Below are positions 54,824 through 63,729 of a DNA stretch of 64,000 nt, in pieces; the stretch's first letter is position 1; each line of letters starts with the position of its first letter. The notes under the pieces were generated by a model. The model was not told the origin of the DNA. It worked only from the letters and a program-made list of their open reading frames with translations, and made no database searches. The DNA comes from Candidatus Curtissbacteria bacterium (GTDB taxonomy: Bacteria > Patescibacteriota > Microgenomatia > Curtissbacterales > GWA2-41-24), in contig JAUSJC010000010.1 of the NCBI GenBank assembly GCA_030647775.1, positions 338,646 to 402,645 of the forward strand, in the 5' to 3' direction. The position numbers and the translations under genes were made by a program.

Positions 54824-56505
54824 TCGCCAAGCCTATGATCAACATACGTAAATATCTTCATCCTGCCACGCTTTTTGCAATAACCTTCATTACAGCCCTT
54901 GTTTTTCCACTCTATCAATTCATCCATTCAGGAGATTTCTTAACTCACGACAGGGCAGTTCATGCGTTTAGGACCAGTGAATATTATAGTGCTTTGGTTG
55001 CAGGGCATATCCCACCCCGTCTTGCACCCTACTTTTTAGGTGGATCTGGTTATCCGCTATTTTTGATGAATTACCAGCTGCCTTATCTCGTGGGTTCAGC
55101 GTTTCTTGCAATAGGATTATCTGCCGAAATCACAGTCAGGATACTTACAGTGTTTAGCTACATATTATATGCCGCTGGTGGATTTCTGTTTTTTAAAACA
55201 ATCGCCTCCCGTAAAATTGCCGCCCTGGCAACTTTAAACCTTGTCTATACTCCTTACCTTTTTGCAAACATCTTTATTCGAGGCGCTCTACCGGAATTTA
55301 TGGCCTCTGCGATACTGATGTGGATCCTATATGCTATTTCAAGTCATAAACAAAAAAACTTTCCTACGCTTGTTGTGGGTTGTCTTTTAGGCCTCCAGCT
55401 GTTGACACAAACAACAGTAGCGCTAATAGGTCTACCACTGGTCATTATGGTAACATCCCTTTCCGGAGGTAAGAGATGGCTTTCGTGGTGTGCTTCTGCC
55501 ATGTTTGCTTACGCAATCGGTGGCCTACTGGCGTCTTTCATATTGATTCCAGCCGTCTTTGAACGACATTACTTTCAGTTTGATACCCAAACCCACACTT
55601 TCATTAACAATCATTTTATTCCCTTGACCCAGCTGATTAAGCTGCCTTTTTTCCATACAACTGACAGTGCGCTAGAGTTAAGCTTTACGCAGACTTTTTT
55701 GATGATCGCATCTCTCGTTTTGCTGCCTTTTGGGAGAAAATTAGCAAGTTTTTGGGCTTTTGGTCTCCTTGCTCTTTCATGGTGTTTTCTCTACCTAATT
55801 ACGCCCCAGGCCGGTTTTTTGTGGAATAATGTCTCCATTATTCAGGCAGTAGTGTTTCCATGGCGTCTACTTACACCCATATCCATTACCGTAAGTATCC
55901 TACTTATTTACCTTATAAAACTGCACAGGCGCTTGTTTGTACCGGCTGTAGTTTTAACTCTTATGTCTATGTTTCTGACCAGACATTTCATTAAACCCGT
56001 AGAGTTTAGTGCCCAGTTCGTTCAAATTTCAGACCAATATGTTACAGGAACAACCGATGGAGTATTCACACCCATTGGAGCGCGAACAGATAAAACACTA
56101 ATTACTCTGCCCTCTGTAAGAATACTAAGTGGTAGGGCGCAAGTATTGCAAAATGAACAATCAGTTGGCAGATGGATTGCCCGTGTCATAGTAGATGAAG
56201 CTGCCACTGTCCAGGCAAAAGTACTCTATTTCCCAGGGTGGCGCTTCTTTGTCAATGGGCATGAGCAGCTCATCCCATATCCGATTGTTACACATTATCC
56301 AAATAGTTATCCCGGACTTCCGGAAATAGGCTTATCTACCGGTGTTTATACATTAGAGTTTCGTTATGTGGAAACAACTTTACGGAAAGTAGGGAATATT
56401 TTAAGCTTAAGTACCTTTTTAATGCTATCAATTTGTCTACTTAAAAAAAGTAAAATATTGAAATTTATGCCGATTTGTAGAGGACGCCGTAATCGAGAAA
56501 CATAA
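54814..56505 (+). CDS. Polytopic membrane protein, unclassified (candidate GT-C acceptor-side glycosyltransferase)
   Basis: About 12 TM helices plus a ~170-aa C-terminal domain. Divergent from the ArnB/ArnC-like genes. Confidence 0.45.
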   Translation: MLIIAKPMINIRKYLHPATLFAITFITALVFPLYQFIHSGDFLTHDRAVHAFRTSEYYSALVAGHIPPRLAPYFLGGSGYPLFLMNYQLPYLVGSAFLAIGLSAEITVRILTVFSYILYAAGGFLFFKTIASRKIAALATLNLVYTPYLFANIFIRGALPEFMASAILMWILYAISSHKQKNFPTLVVGCLLGLQLLTQTTVALIGLPLVIMVTSLSGGKRWLSWCASAMFAYAIGGLLASFILIPAVFERHYFQFDTQTHTFINNHFIPLTQLIKLPFFHTTDSALELSFTQTFLMIASLVLLPFGRKLASFWAFGLLALSWCFLYLITPQAGFLWNNVSIIQAVVFPWRLLTPISITVSILLIYLIKLHRRLFVPAVVLTLMSMFLTRHFIKPVEFSAQFVQISDQYVTGTTDGVFTPIGARTDKTLITLPSVRILSGRAQVLQNEQSVGRWIARVIVDEAATVQAKVLYFPGWRFFVNGHEQLIPYPIVTHYPNSYPGLPEIGLSTGVYTLEFRYVETTLRKVGNILSLSTFLMLSICLLKKSKILKFMPICRGRRNRET

Positions 56506-56626
56506 TATCCCAGCTGTAGCAATTAACGGATGTAATTTAAAATTATAAGAGATTGGAAAGAACAATTGTAGTAAAATTAGAAAATTGGATTTTATCTTAA
56601 TTCTAAATTTTAATCTCATAAAAATC

Positions 56627-56671
56627 GTTCCCGTCTTTTGCGCATTTTTGATAGAAGACGGAACAGTTTTT
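56627..56671 (+). terminator. Candidate intrinsic terminator (imperfect stem GTTCCCGTCTT / AAGACGGAAC followed by TTTTT)
   Basis: Hairpin plus T-run in the convergent intergenic region after 54814..56505. Confidence 0.35.
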
Positions 56672-56824
56672 AAAGCGCCATAAAATTCTTCTGTTCTCAT
56701 CGCATGGATAATTGAGTCTTAAGTTGTAAAATCGCCAAAATTAAAGAAACGATAAAGGGGAATATGAGAACCCCGATAAAAATGATTCCAAATAGCATGG
56801 ATTGCTTACTCGAATGGTAGTAGT

Positions 56825-58105
56825 TCATTTCAGACATTGTTGATACCAAGTGAAACAAACATTGTAATTCTTTTCCGGGAACCAAAAACCTATTGCCTCT
56901 CCTGTCCCCAAAGCATAGTAAGCATCAAGAGAAGTTGAAATTCCATTATCACCTAAAATAAGCCTTGTACCAGGAGGGGGATTATCCGTTTCTATTTTTG
57001 TTAAATATATTTTTGCTAAATCGCTTCTTTTGATAACCCAACTGTTCTCTTGTAAAGTAACAACACCGAAAGCGTTAACTACAACAATTGCCATGATTAA
57101 AAGATAAGCGACATATTTAGGGGTTTGAGCAAGTGTTAGGCCGATGAGCATTGCCAGTCCCCATAAAGAAATATTCATGTAGTGGGGTGAAAGGTGGTTT
57201 GGAATTAAAACAAATGGGAGAAGGCCAATAAATATTACGAAAGCCGCGAAGATAAAAATTCTCTTGTCCGCTTTTTTCATAAGTTCGTGTGTGGTAAATA
57301 CACCGACTGTCAAAAGCCATAGCGCCAGCACCCCCGAAAGGATATTTAAATCTGTGCCCTCAACAAAACCGGGGATTCTCAAAAGATAATACTTCAAAGC
57401 TGTCAAAATACTTGGCGAAATTTCGATCTTGTAGGCATCAACCGCTGCGCTCGGAAACAAAAAGACAAGTTGGATGAAAGCAAAAATCGCGGAAACTACG
57501 CCGGTCAAAATTATCGGTTTTCCGATTCTCAACTTCCCACTTTCCAAAAAGTCCCATGCCAAAAATATTCCCGCACCGATAACCATTGCCTCGGATGCTA
57601 GTAGCGAAGTGATAAATAAGCCTACAGAAAGGGCAAACTTTTTTGAGAGGTAAAAATAAAATGAGGCAATTAAAAATGTAAAGCCGATTAATGTTGCCCC
57701 GCCGGAAATCCAATAAAGTGAAACAAAGTGTACGGGGGAGATTAAATAAAACACGGCAGAGCAAATTGCCGTTAGCCTATTTCTGGTGATTTTTATCATG
57801 GTTTTATAAATCAAAAAACCGCCGGTGATATGGATAATGAAAGTCAGAAGGTGATAGCCGAAATAATTTTTGCCAAATAGGCTATCACTTACAAAAAAGT
57901 AAAGGTTATGGATTGGCCGCCAGTGGGTGACGGTTGGTGCCCCAAAAACATTCCTTAAATTCGTTAAGAATCCATTTTGAGAAAAATGATTGATTAAAAT
58001 AAAATCATCCTGGGCAAAGAAATTGAAAAACGATTTATAAAAAACAAGTGCGCCGCCAGCCGCCAAAAGCAGAAAAACTAAAATATCTTTCCTCACTGTT
58101 TCCAT
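56825..58105 (-). CDS. Polytopic membrane protein, unclassified (possible GT-C glycosyltransferase)
   Basis: About 11 TM helices. 'KSFFNFFAQDDFILINHF' acidic first-loop motif after TM1. C-terminal ~60-aa soluble tail. Confidence 0.45.
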   Translation of the reverse strand: METVRKDILVFLLLAAGGALVFYKSFFNFFAQDDFILINHFSQNGFLTNLRNVFGAPTVTHWRPIHNLYFFVSDSLFGKNYFGYHLLTFIIHITGGFLIYKTMIKITRNRLTAICSAVFYLISPVHFVSLYWISGGATLIGFTFLIASFYFYLSKKFALSVGLFITSLLASEAMVIGAGIFLAWDFLESGKLRIGKPIILTGVVSAIFAFIQLVFLFPSAAVDAYKIEISPSILTALKYYLLRIPGFVEGTDLNILSGVLALWLLTVGVFTTHELMKKADKRIFIFAAFVIFIGLLPFVLIPNHLSPHYMNISLWGLAMLIGLTLAQTPKYVAYLLIMAIVVVNAFGVVTLQENSWVIKRSDLAKIYLTKIETDNPPPGTRLILGDNGISTSLDAYYALGTGEAIGFWFPEKNYNVCFTWYQQCLK

Positions 58106-58118
58106 TTTAGCACCTGCG

Positions 58119-59723
58119 TTGTCGCTAGGGACTTGCCCTATATATAATAGGGAAGTGAGATTATTAAAAATCCTGCTTGTAACCGCCTTCCTAAATGCCC
58201 TAGTCTGGATTATTATTGTTCCCGTCTGGCAATACCCCGACGAGCAAGCCCATTTTGCCCAGGTTCAATATTTGGCGGAAAACGGCAGGACACTTCACGA
58301 CAGCAAGGCCTTCGATACTTCTTACGAAATAGCTCTGTCAGAAAAAATTCTTGGGACTGAAAGGGACATAGGCGGTAATAACAAATTCATTTACCATCCT
58401 GAATTTAAAATCGGCTATTCTAAAACTTTAACTGGACCAAATGAGGGAAAAATTGCCAATTTACCCAAATCCGCCCGCTCTCGATTCGTAAAAAATGAGG
58501 CCACCCAAAATCCGCCGCTTTACTATTACCTTGGATCGGTTGTCAACAAGATATTCTCTTTTGGCGACCTTTTTACAAGGGTTTATGCCATAAGGGTAAT
58601 GTCAGCACTTATTTTTACTGGAACAATAATAGTTGCTTACAAAATAGGCGGGTTGATATTTGCCGGAGAAATTTTACCCCTGACGTTAGCAGCTATTATC
58701 GCATTCAAGCCAATGCTGGTTTTTTCTTCAACAGGCGTTTTACCGGATACCCTAACTAATTTTCTGTTCAGCCTTTTTATATTTTTATCTCTTAAAATAA
58801 TCAAATTTGGCATCTCGCCATCTAAAATTTTGGCCGTCTTGTTAATTATCGCGGCTGGCGCCGCGACTCGACAAAATTTTCTAATTACCCTGTTCATTTT
58901 CCCTTTGGTAATTTTACATCAATTAATCTTCAATAAAAAATCAAGACAGAAAGTAGTCTTTTTAATTATTTTCTGCGGTTTTCTGCTTTATGCGGCGAGC
59001 TTTTTCATTCCCGGAATGGATTTTATTCACCGCTTTGATTTCCCTGAATCCACAAGCCATAACCAATCGAACCCGCTGTTCCATATGGGGTTTGTTGACC
59101 ACTTTAAGTGGACGCTAAACCATACATTTAGGGAGGTTTGGCCTTGGTATTGGGGAATTTATAAATGGTTATCACTTCCTCTGCCTCACATAATTTACCA
59201 AATCATAAATAGGCTAACCCTTTTGTCGCTAGTTGGGCTTATTGTTTGGACAGTCCAACTAGCGAGAAGAAGGGAAGCGAAAAAAGAAATCCCGCTGATT
59301 TTTACTGTATCCACCGCTGTCATTTACTTCATGATGATAACTGTTTTCGACTATTTTTTTAGAAAAAATAATGGCTATTCTTTCGGTATTCAGGGGAGAT
59401 ATTTTTTCCCGGTAGTAATTCCCCAAATGGCAATCCTTTTAACCGGTTTTTGGGTCTTATTTGTTGTAATTCTTAGAAAATACGCAAGAATCGGAATTTT
59501 TATTATTTTAATTCTGGTCTTCATTTTTAATTCCATTTCGCTATTCGTCGTAGCTTCTTCGTATTACGATACCGGCAATTTACAAACGTTTATTAGGGAG
59601 GCGAGCCAATATAAACCATTAATTTTTAAAGGCAATATTATTATTTTAGTAATAGTTCTTTCCTTTGTCTCACAACTCTTTTTCCTCTTTAACTACGTAA
59701 GGGATATAATAAAAGAAAAATGA
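58119..59723 (+). CDS. DUF2142-like polytopic membrane protein (putative GT-C glycosyltransferase)
   Basis: 'IIVPVWQYPDEQAHFAQVQY' resembles the DUF2142 N-terminal P-D-E..H motif. 12+ TM helices. Confidence 0.45.
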   Translation: MSLGTCPIYNREVRLLKILLVTAFLNALVWIIIVPVWQYPDEQAHFAQVQYLAENGRTLHDSKAFDTSYEIALSEKILGTERDIGGNNKFIYHPEFKIGYSKTLTGPNEGKIANLPKSARSRFVKNEATQNPPLYYYLGSVVNKIFSFGDLFTRVYAIRVMSALIFTGTIIVAYKIGGLIFAGEILPLTLAAIIAFKPMLVFSSTGVLPDTLTNFLFSLFIFLSLKIIKFGISPSKILAVLLIIAAGAATRQNFLITLFIFPLVILHQLIFNKKSRQKVVFLIIFCGFLLYAASFFIPGMDFIHRFDFPESTSHNQSNPLFHMGFVDHFKWTLNHTFREVWPWYWGIYKWLSLPLPHIIYQIINRLTLLSLVGLIVWTVQLARRREAKKEIPLIFTVSTAVIYFMMITVFDYFFRKNNGYSFGIQGRYFFPVVIPQMAILLTGFWVLFVVILRKYARIGIFIILILVFIFNSISLFVVASSYYDTGNLQTFIREASQYKPLIFKGNIIILVIVLSFVSQLFFLFNYVRDIIKEK

Positions 59724-60274
59724 AGGCACTTGATGAAATCGGCGGCAAAAAAACCATAAGATTTATTCTCTTTGCCTTGGCGCAGGTTATCTATCATCGC
59801 CTTATCCTGCATTTATTTTTCTTCCCGCCGGCAAGAAAACTCTTCCTGCAGATTTTAGGAGCAAAAGTTGGCAAAAACTCAATTCTTATGGAAGTTAAAT
59901 TTTTCAACTGGTATCATCGTGGTCCATCCGGCCTTAAGATCGGCAATGATTGTTTTATTGGCGATGAAACCCTAATCGATCTCTACGATGAGGTCGTTTT
60001 GGAAAATCAGGTAACACTTGCCCCGAGGGTGACGGTTCTAACCCACATGAATGTCGGTTACAGCGACCATCCGCTTCAAAAAGCGTTCCCAAAAATGTCC
60101 AAGCCGGTTATTTTCAAAAGTGGTTGCGTCGTTGGTGCCGCCAGTACCATCCTGCCGGGGATCACGATTGGCGAAGGATCTTTTGTCGCTGCTGGCAGCG
60201 TAGTTACTAAAGATGTTCCTTCCGGTTGTCTTTACGCCGGTAACCCCGCAAAGCTTCTTAGGAAAATTAAGTAA
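59720..60274 (+). CDS. Hexapeptide-repeat (LbH) sugar O-acetyltransferase (WcaF/Mac-like)
   Basis: 'IGNDCFIGDETLIDLYDEVVLENQVTLAPRVTVLTH' and 'GCVVGAASTILPGITIGEGSFVAAGSVVTKDVPSGCLYAGNPAK' are LbH repeats with the C-terminal NPAK tail. Confidence 0.7.
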   Translation: MKALDEIGGKKTIRFILFALAQVIYHRLILHLFFFPPARKLFLQILGAKVGKNSILMEVKFFNWYHRGPSGLKIGNDCFIGDETLIDLYDEVVLENQVTLAPRVTVLTHMNVGYSDHPLQKAFPKMSKPVIFKSGCVVGAASTILPGITIGEGSFVAAGSVVTKDVPSGCLYAGNPAKLLRKIK

Positions 60275-60276
60275 AG

Positions 60277-60834
60277 ATGTGTCTCTATAACAAGTTAAGA
60301 TATCTAATATTGCCTATCAGGCAAATAGATAGCGCTCTACCGTCAAGTGGCCAAATCGTCGACCTTGGCTGTGGTCAGGGTATCCTGGCCGCTTATCTGG
60401 CGAGGAGAAAAGAGCGCAATGTCATAGGCGTAGATCTCGACGCAGCTAGGTTGCCAAACAAAGAGTTGGCAAACCTTAAATTTATAAAGGCCGATATCAC
60501 TAAATACAATCTAAAAAACGTCGACGGTATTGTCATTTCCGACGTCCTTCACCATATAAGCCGTGTCGACCAAAGTGAACTTCTTGCCAAAATCGCCAAA
60601 GGTTTAAAGAGAGGGGGTATCCTTGTTATCAAAGAAATAGATTCGAAAGAATTTATCAGAAGCAAGCTTACCAGGCTCTGGGATTTTATTCTCTACCCCC
60701 ATGATGAAATTTCTTTCTCGAATTCCCAAACACTCACGCGAAATCTAAAAAGGTTAGGTTTTAATGTTAACGTCCAAAGGGTGGTTACATGGTTTCCCGG
60801 CTCAACCACTCTCTACATATGTACAAAAAGATAA
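60277..60834 (+). CDS. Class I SAM-dependent methyltransferase
   Basis: Motif I 'IVDLGCGQGILAAYLA'. 'GIVISDVLHHI'. 'GGILVIKE'. Confidence 0.6.
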   Translation: MCLYNKLRYLILPIRQIDSALPSSGQIVDLGCGQGILAAYLARRKERNVIGVDLDAARLPNKELANLKFIKADITKYNLKNVDGIVISDVLHHISRVDQSELLAKIAKGLKRGGILVIKEIDSKEFIRSKLTRLWDFILYPHDEISFSNSQTLTRNLKRLGFNVNVQRVVTWFPGSTTLYICTKR

Positions 60835-62465
60835 GCAGAGCTTTTCCGCGAATAAGCGAAGCTTTTCTACGAATAAGCAGAGCTTTTCTACGAATAAGCA
60901 GAGCTTTTCTACGAATAAGCAGAGCTTTTCATCAAATAATAAAATTTTGGCCAATTGCTACTCTTCTTTTAATAACCCTTATTTCAAGAATCATAAATTT
61001 AGAAAAACTTTTCTATTTTACCTACGATGAATCAATCCCGGCTTTTGTCGGCCGCCGCCTCATTCTTTGGTATCACATTCCCTTAATCGGCGGCGCCACG
61101 CCGTTTGGTTTTCACCTTGGCCCTTATTTTTACTGGTTTTACGCCGCGCTTCTTGCCGTCGGCCGTCTTAACCCGCTTGTCTGGGGATATGCCGCTACAG
61201 TCATTTCAGTATTTACTACCTTATTAATGTATATTGTCGGCAAGAACTTCGGCGGCAAAAAAGTCGGTATTACCGCGGCAGTGTTCTGGACGTTTTCGTA
61301 CCTTGCTAATATCTACGACCGCCATCTCTGGGCGCTTTTCTGGGGCCCGCTAACTAGCCTTTTAGTTTTGTTTTTCTTAGAAAAAATAATTTCCGGCCGT
61401 CAAAAATTCATTTATCTGCTTGCCTTAACAATTGGTCTTTCCATTCATGCCGATCCGTCGAATATTATCTTTGTCATTCTTGCCGTTTTTGCTTTCGCCT
61501 ACTGGAAGGTGTCTATCAAGAAGAATCTATCGATTCTTTTTGCGGCCATTATTCTTTTTACCCTTCCGCTTGTTGCTTTTGACCTTCGCCACGATTTTGC
61601 CAATATCCGCCCGACTGCAGGTTTCATCAAGGCCGGCGCAAACACCCCGGCAATCCGTACCCAAAAATTCGTTACCAATTCGCTTCTGTTCCCGCAGGCG
61701 GCAACACGCCTTGTCTATACTTTTGGGGATAACCAAGTTGCTAAACAGTATTCCTATTGCAAAAACTTCGTCGCCGAAAAGTTTGCCGCCACTGCTCAAA
61801 TCTTTGTTTTCTTATCCGCCTTTGCCATTCTTGCTTTCATCCTCTGGTCTTTCAAAAACCGCCAAAGTTTATGGTTTCTTGTTTCCAGTTTATTGTTGCT
61901 CTACTTCCTCGGCATCCAAATTTATGGCACGATTCTCGGCGGTGACATTTTTGAGCACTACATCACTGGCCTTTTCCCGGCGTTTTTACTAATTACCGCC
62001 TTTTTTGTAAGCAAATTACCCAAAAAACTTTGGCTTGTTGCCCTTGGCATTTTTGTCGCCGCCAATCTTTATAAATTATCGCTTGCTCAAAACAGTCAGG
62101 GGCTGACCGAAAAAAGAGAAGCAATTGAATATACAATGCGGCAGGTGGGGGATAAACCATTTTCGCTTGACTCCCTGTCAACCTGCTGGAAGTTGAATGG
62201 CTACCGCTATCTTTTTGCCGTTTACGGTAGGGAGCCGGTCAAAAGTTATGTCGACCCAAATTTTGCCTACCTTTATGGTACTACCCCGGTCTGGGATCAT
62301 CATCCGGCGACTGTCGTCGCCTTTGTGGTTCACGACTACGCCCCCGAAACTCAAGCCTTTTACCAACGCTACGCCCTTTTAAAATCCCACCAAATTTCCT
62401 CATCCAAATTTGGCTCCATTGAGGTAATCGTAATGGATAACTCAACAGGCTGGTTTGATAAATAG
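60819..62465 (+). CDS. PMT_2/ArnT-like polytopic membrane glycosyltransferase with N-terminal 7-aa tandem-repeat tail
   Basis: 'FYFTYDESIPAFVGRRLILWYHIPLIGGATPFGFHLGPYFYW' first-loop motif. Start assumed at 'MYKKISRAF' (16-nt overlap with the MTase). N-terminus holds (ISRAFLR)x4 encoded by a 21-bp tandem repeat. Confidence 0.55.
   Translation: MYKKISRAFPRISEAFLRISRAFLRISRAFLRISRAFHQIIKFWPIATLLLITLISRIINLEKLFYFTYDESIPAFVGRRLILWYHIPLIGGATPFGFHLGPYFYWFYAALLAVGRLNPLVWGYAATVISVFTTLLMYIVGKNFGGKKVGITAAVFWTFSYLANIYDRHLWALFWGPLTSLLVLFFLEKIISGRQKFIYLLALTIGLSIHADPSNIIFVILAVFAFAYWKVSIKKNLSILFAAIILFTLPLVAFDLRHDFANIRPTAGFIKAGANTPAIRTQKFVTNSLLFPQAATRLVYTFGDNQVAKQYSYCKNFVAEKFAATAQIFVFLSAFAILAFILWSFKNRQSLWFLVSSLLLLYFLGIQIYGTILGGDIFEHYITGLFPAFLLITAFFVSKLPKKLWLVALGIFVAANLYKLSLAQNSQGLTEKREAIEYTMRQVGDKPFSLDSLSTCWKLNGYRYLFAVYGREPVKSYVDPNFAYLYGTTPVWDHHPATVVAFVVHDYAPETQAFYQRYALLKSHQISSSKFGSIEVIVMDNSTGWFDK
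60831..60935 (+). repeat. Tandem repeat, 21-bp unit x5 (ATAAGCAGAGCTTTTCTACGA consensus; first and last units degenerate)
   Basis: Direct reading: 60831-60851, 60852-60872, 60873-60893, 60894-60914, 60915-60935. Units 3 and 4 are identical. Confidence 0.85.
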
Positions 62466-62505
62466 CGTTGTAACCCTAAAACCACTAAACTATACTTAAA
62501 TTCAA

Positions 62506-63729
62506 ATGCCAAAACGGCTCCTTAATTTGCTTTATACAGACACTGGCCGCGACACTTCTATTGTCTTTATCGGTACACTTATGAACGTAGTCGCGGGCGG
62601 TTTATTCTTCATCTTTGTCCCGCGGCTTTTAGGTCCCGCCAACTATGGTCTTTTCTCCGTTGTTATCTCTACGTGTATTATGGTTGCAGCAATTGCTAAT
62701 TTTGGACTAGATACAGGAATATTGCGCTTTGCCAAAAAAGAAAATACGCTGCTTGGTTTTGCTTTTAAATCTTATCTACTGCTAGGTTTGGCAACTGCAG
62801 TTCTGGGGTTTATTGCTGCTCCTTATATCGCACAACTTTTGGGCTATATTGAAGTTACCGCTCTGCTTCGGATCGGTTTTATTGGAGTTATTTTTATCCT
62901 GCTGACAAATTTTTTTGTGGCAGCTCTTCAAAGCAGGGGAGAATTCAAAAAAGCATCCATTGTTAATATTTCGTCGAACCTTTCGCGTCTTCTAATCCTG
63001 GCTATTGCTTATTATTTCTTTACTGTTAATTTAACTTTCTTAACTGCCCTCTTTTTTCTTATTACGGCAGTATCTGTCGTCATTGGAGCCGTTTATCAAC
63101 CAATCAGTTTTAAAAAAACTACGCAAAATAAAAAAGAATTTTTTAAATACAACTTCTGGATCGCGTCTGCGCTTATTATTTCTTCAGTCCCTTTCGACAG
63201 CTTCATTCTTCTTAAACTTGCCGGTCCCGTAGCAACCGGCCTCTATGCCGCCCCATTCAAGATTCTAACCTTTGCCTATCAATTCGGCGGTAATTTCACA
63301 AGAGTCTTGTCCAGCCGTTATTCAAGCTTCGATACTGCTGATAAGGCCATAAAGTTTTCAAAAAAATCCTTAGCGTTTCCGTTGGTCTTTTCCGCAGGAC
63401 TGGCATTTTTAGTTCTGTTGGCACCTTTCATAACAATTCTTTTTGGAGAGAACTTCGGCCCGGCCATCCCAGTTATGAGAATTCTCTCCGTAGGTTTTAT
63501 ATTCTTTTTCATCTCGACCATTCCCTCGTCCATTATTCTTTACTACTTGGGAAAATCAAACGTTTCTTTCTGGATCACGGTTATTCGCTATCTAGTGTTT
63601 ATAATCCTTCTTATTACCCTTGTTCCCCGGTTGCAAGCCATCGGGGGTGCCTGGGCGTTTACAATCACCGAGCTGATATCACTCGTTCTAATGTCGGCAT
63701 ATGCAATCTACAAGTTGCAAGCAAAATGA
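62506..63729 (+). CDS. Wzx-like oligosaccharide flippase (MOP superfamily, polysaccharide biosynthesis protein family)
   Basis: 407 aa, 12+ TM helices. N-term 'IVFIGTLMNVVAGGLFFIFVPRLLGPANYGLFSVVIS' is typical of Wzx/Polysacc_synt proteins. Confidence 0.6.
   Translation: MPKRLLNLLYTDTGRDTSIVFIGTLMNVVAGGLFFIFVPRLLGPANYGLFSVVISTCIMVAAIANFGLDTGILRFAKKENTLLGFAFKSYLLLGLATAVLGFIAAPYIAQLLGYIEVTALLRIGFIGVIFILLTNFFVAALQSRGEFKKASIVNISSNLSRLLILAIAYYFFTVNLTFLTALFFLITAVSVVIGAVYQPISFKKTTQNKKEFFKYNFWIASALIISSVPFDSFILLKLAGPVATGLYAAPFKILTFAYQFGGNFTRVLSSRYSSFDTADKAIKFSKKSLAFPLVFSAGLAFLVLLAPFITILFGENFGPAIPVMRILSVGFIFFFISTIPSSIILYYLGKSNVSFWITVIRYLVFIILLITLVPRLQAIGGAWAFTITELISLVLMSAYAIYKLQAK

Noticed and set aside
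60831-60935. Possible CRISPR array suggested by identical 21-bp direct repeats
   Set aside because: The units are directly adjacent with no spacers. The 21-bp unit is too short. The array lies in-frame inside a gene. No cas genes are present. It is a coding tandem repeat.
60764-61030. ORF encoding (SFSTNKQ)n in an alternative frame of the tandem repeat
   Set aside because: It overlaps the 3' end of the methyltransferase and the 5' end of the PMT_2-like gene. It is a repeat-generated shadow ORF, not an independent gene.
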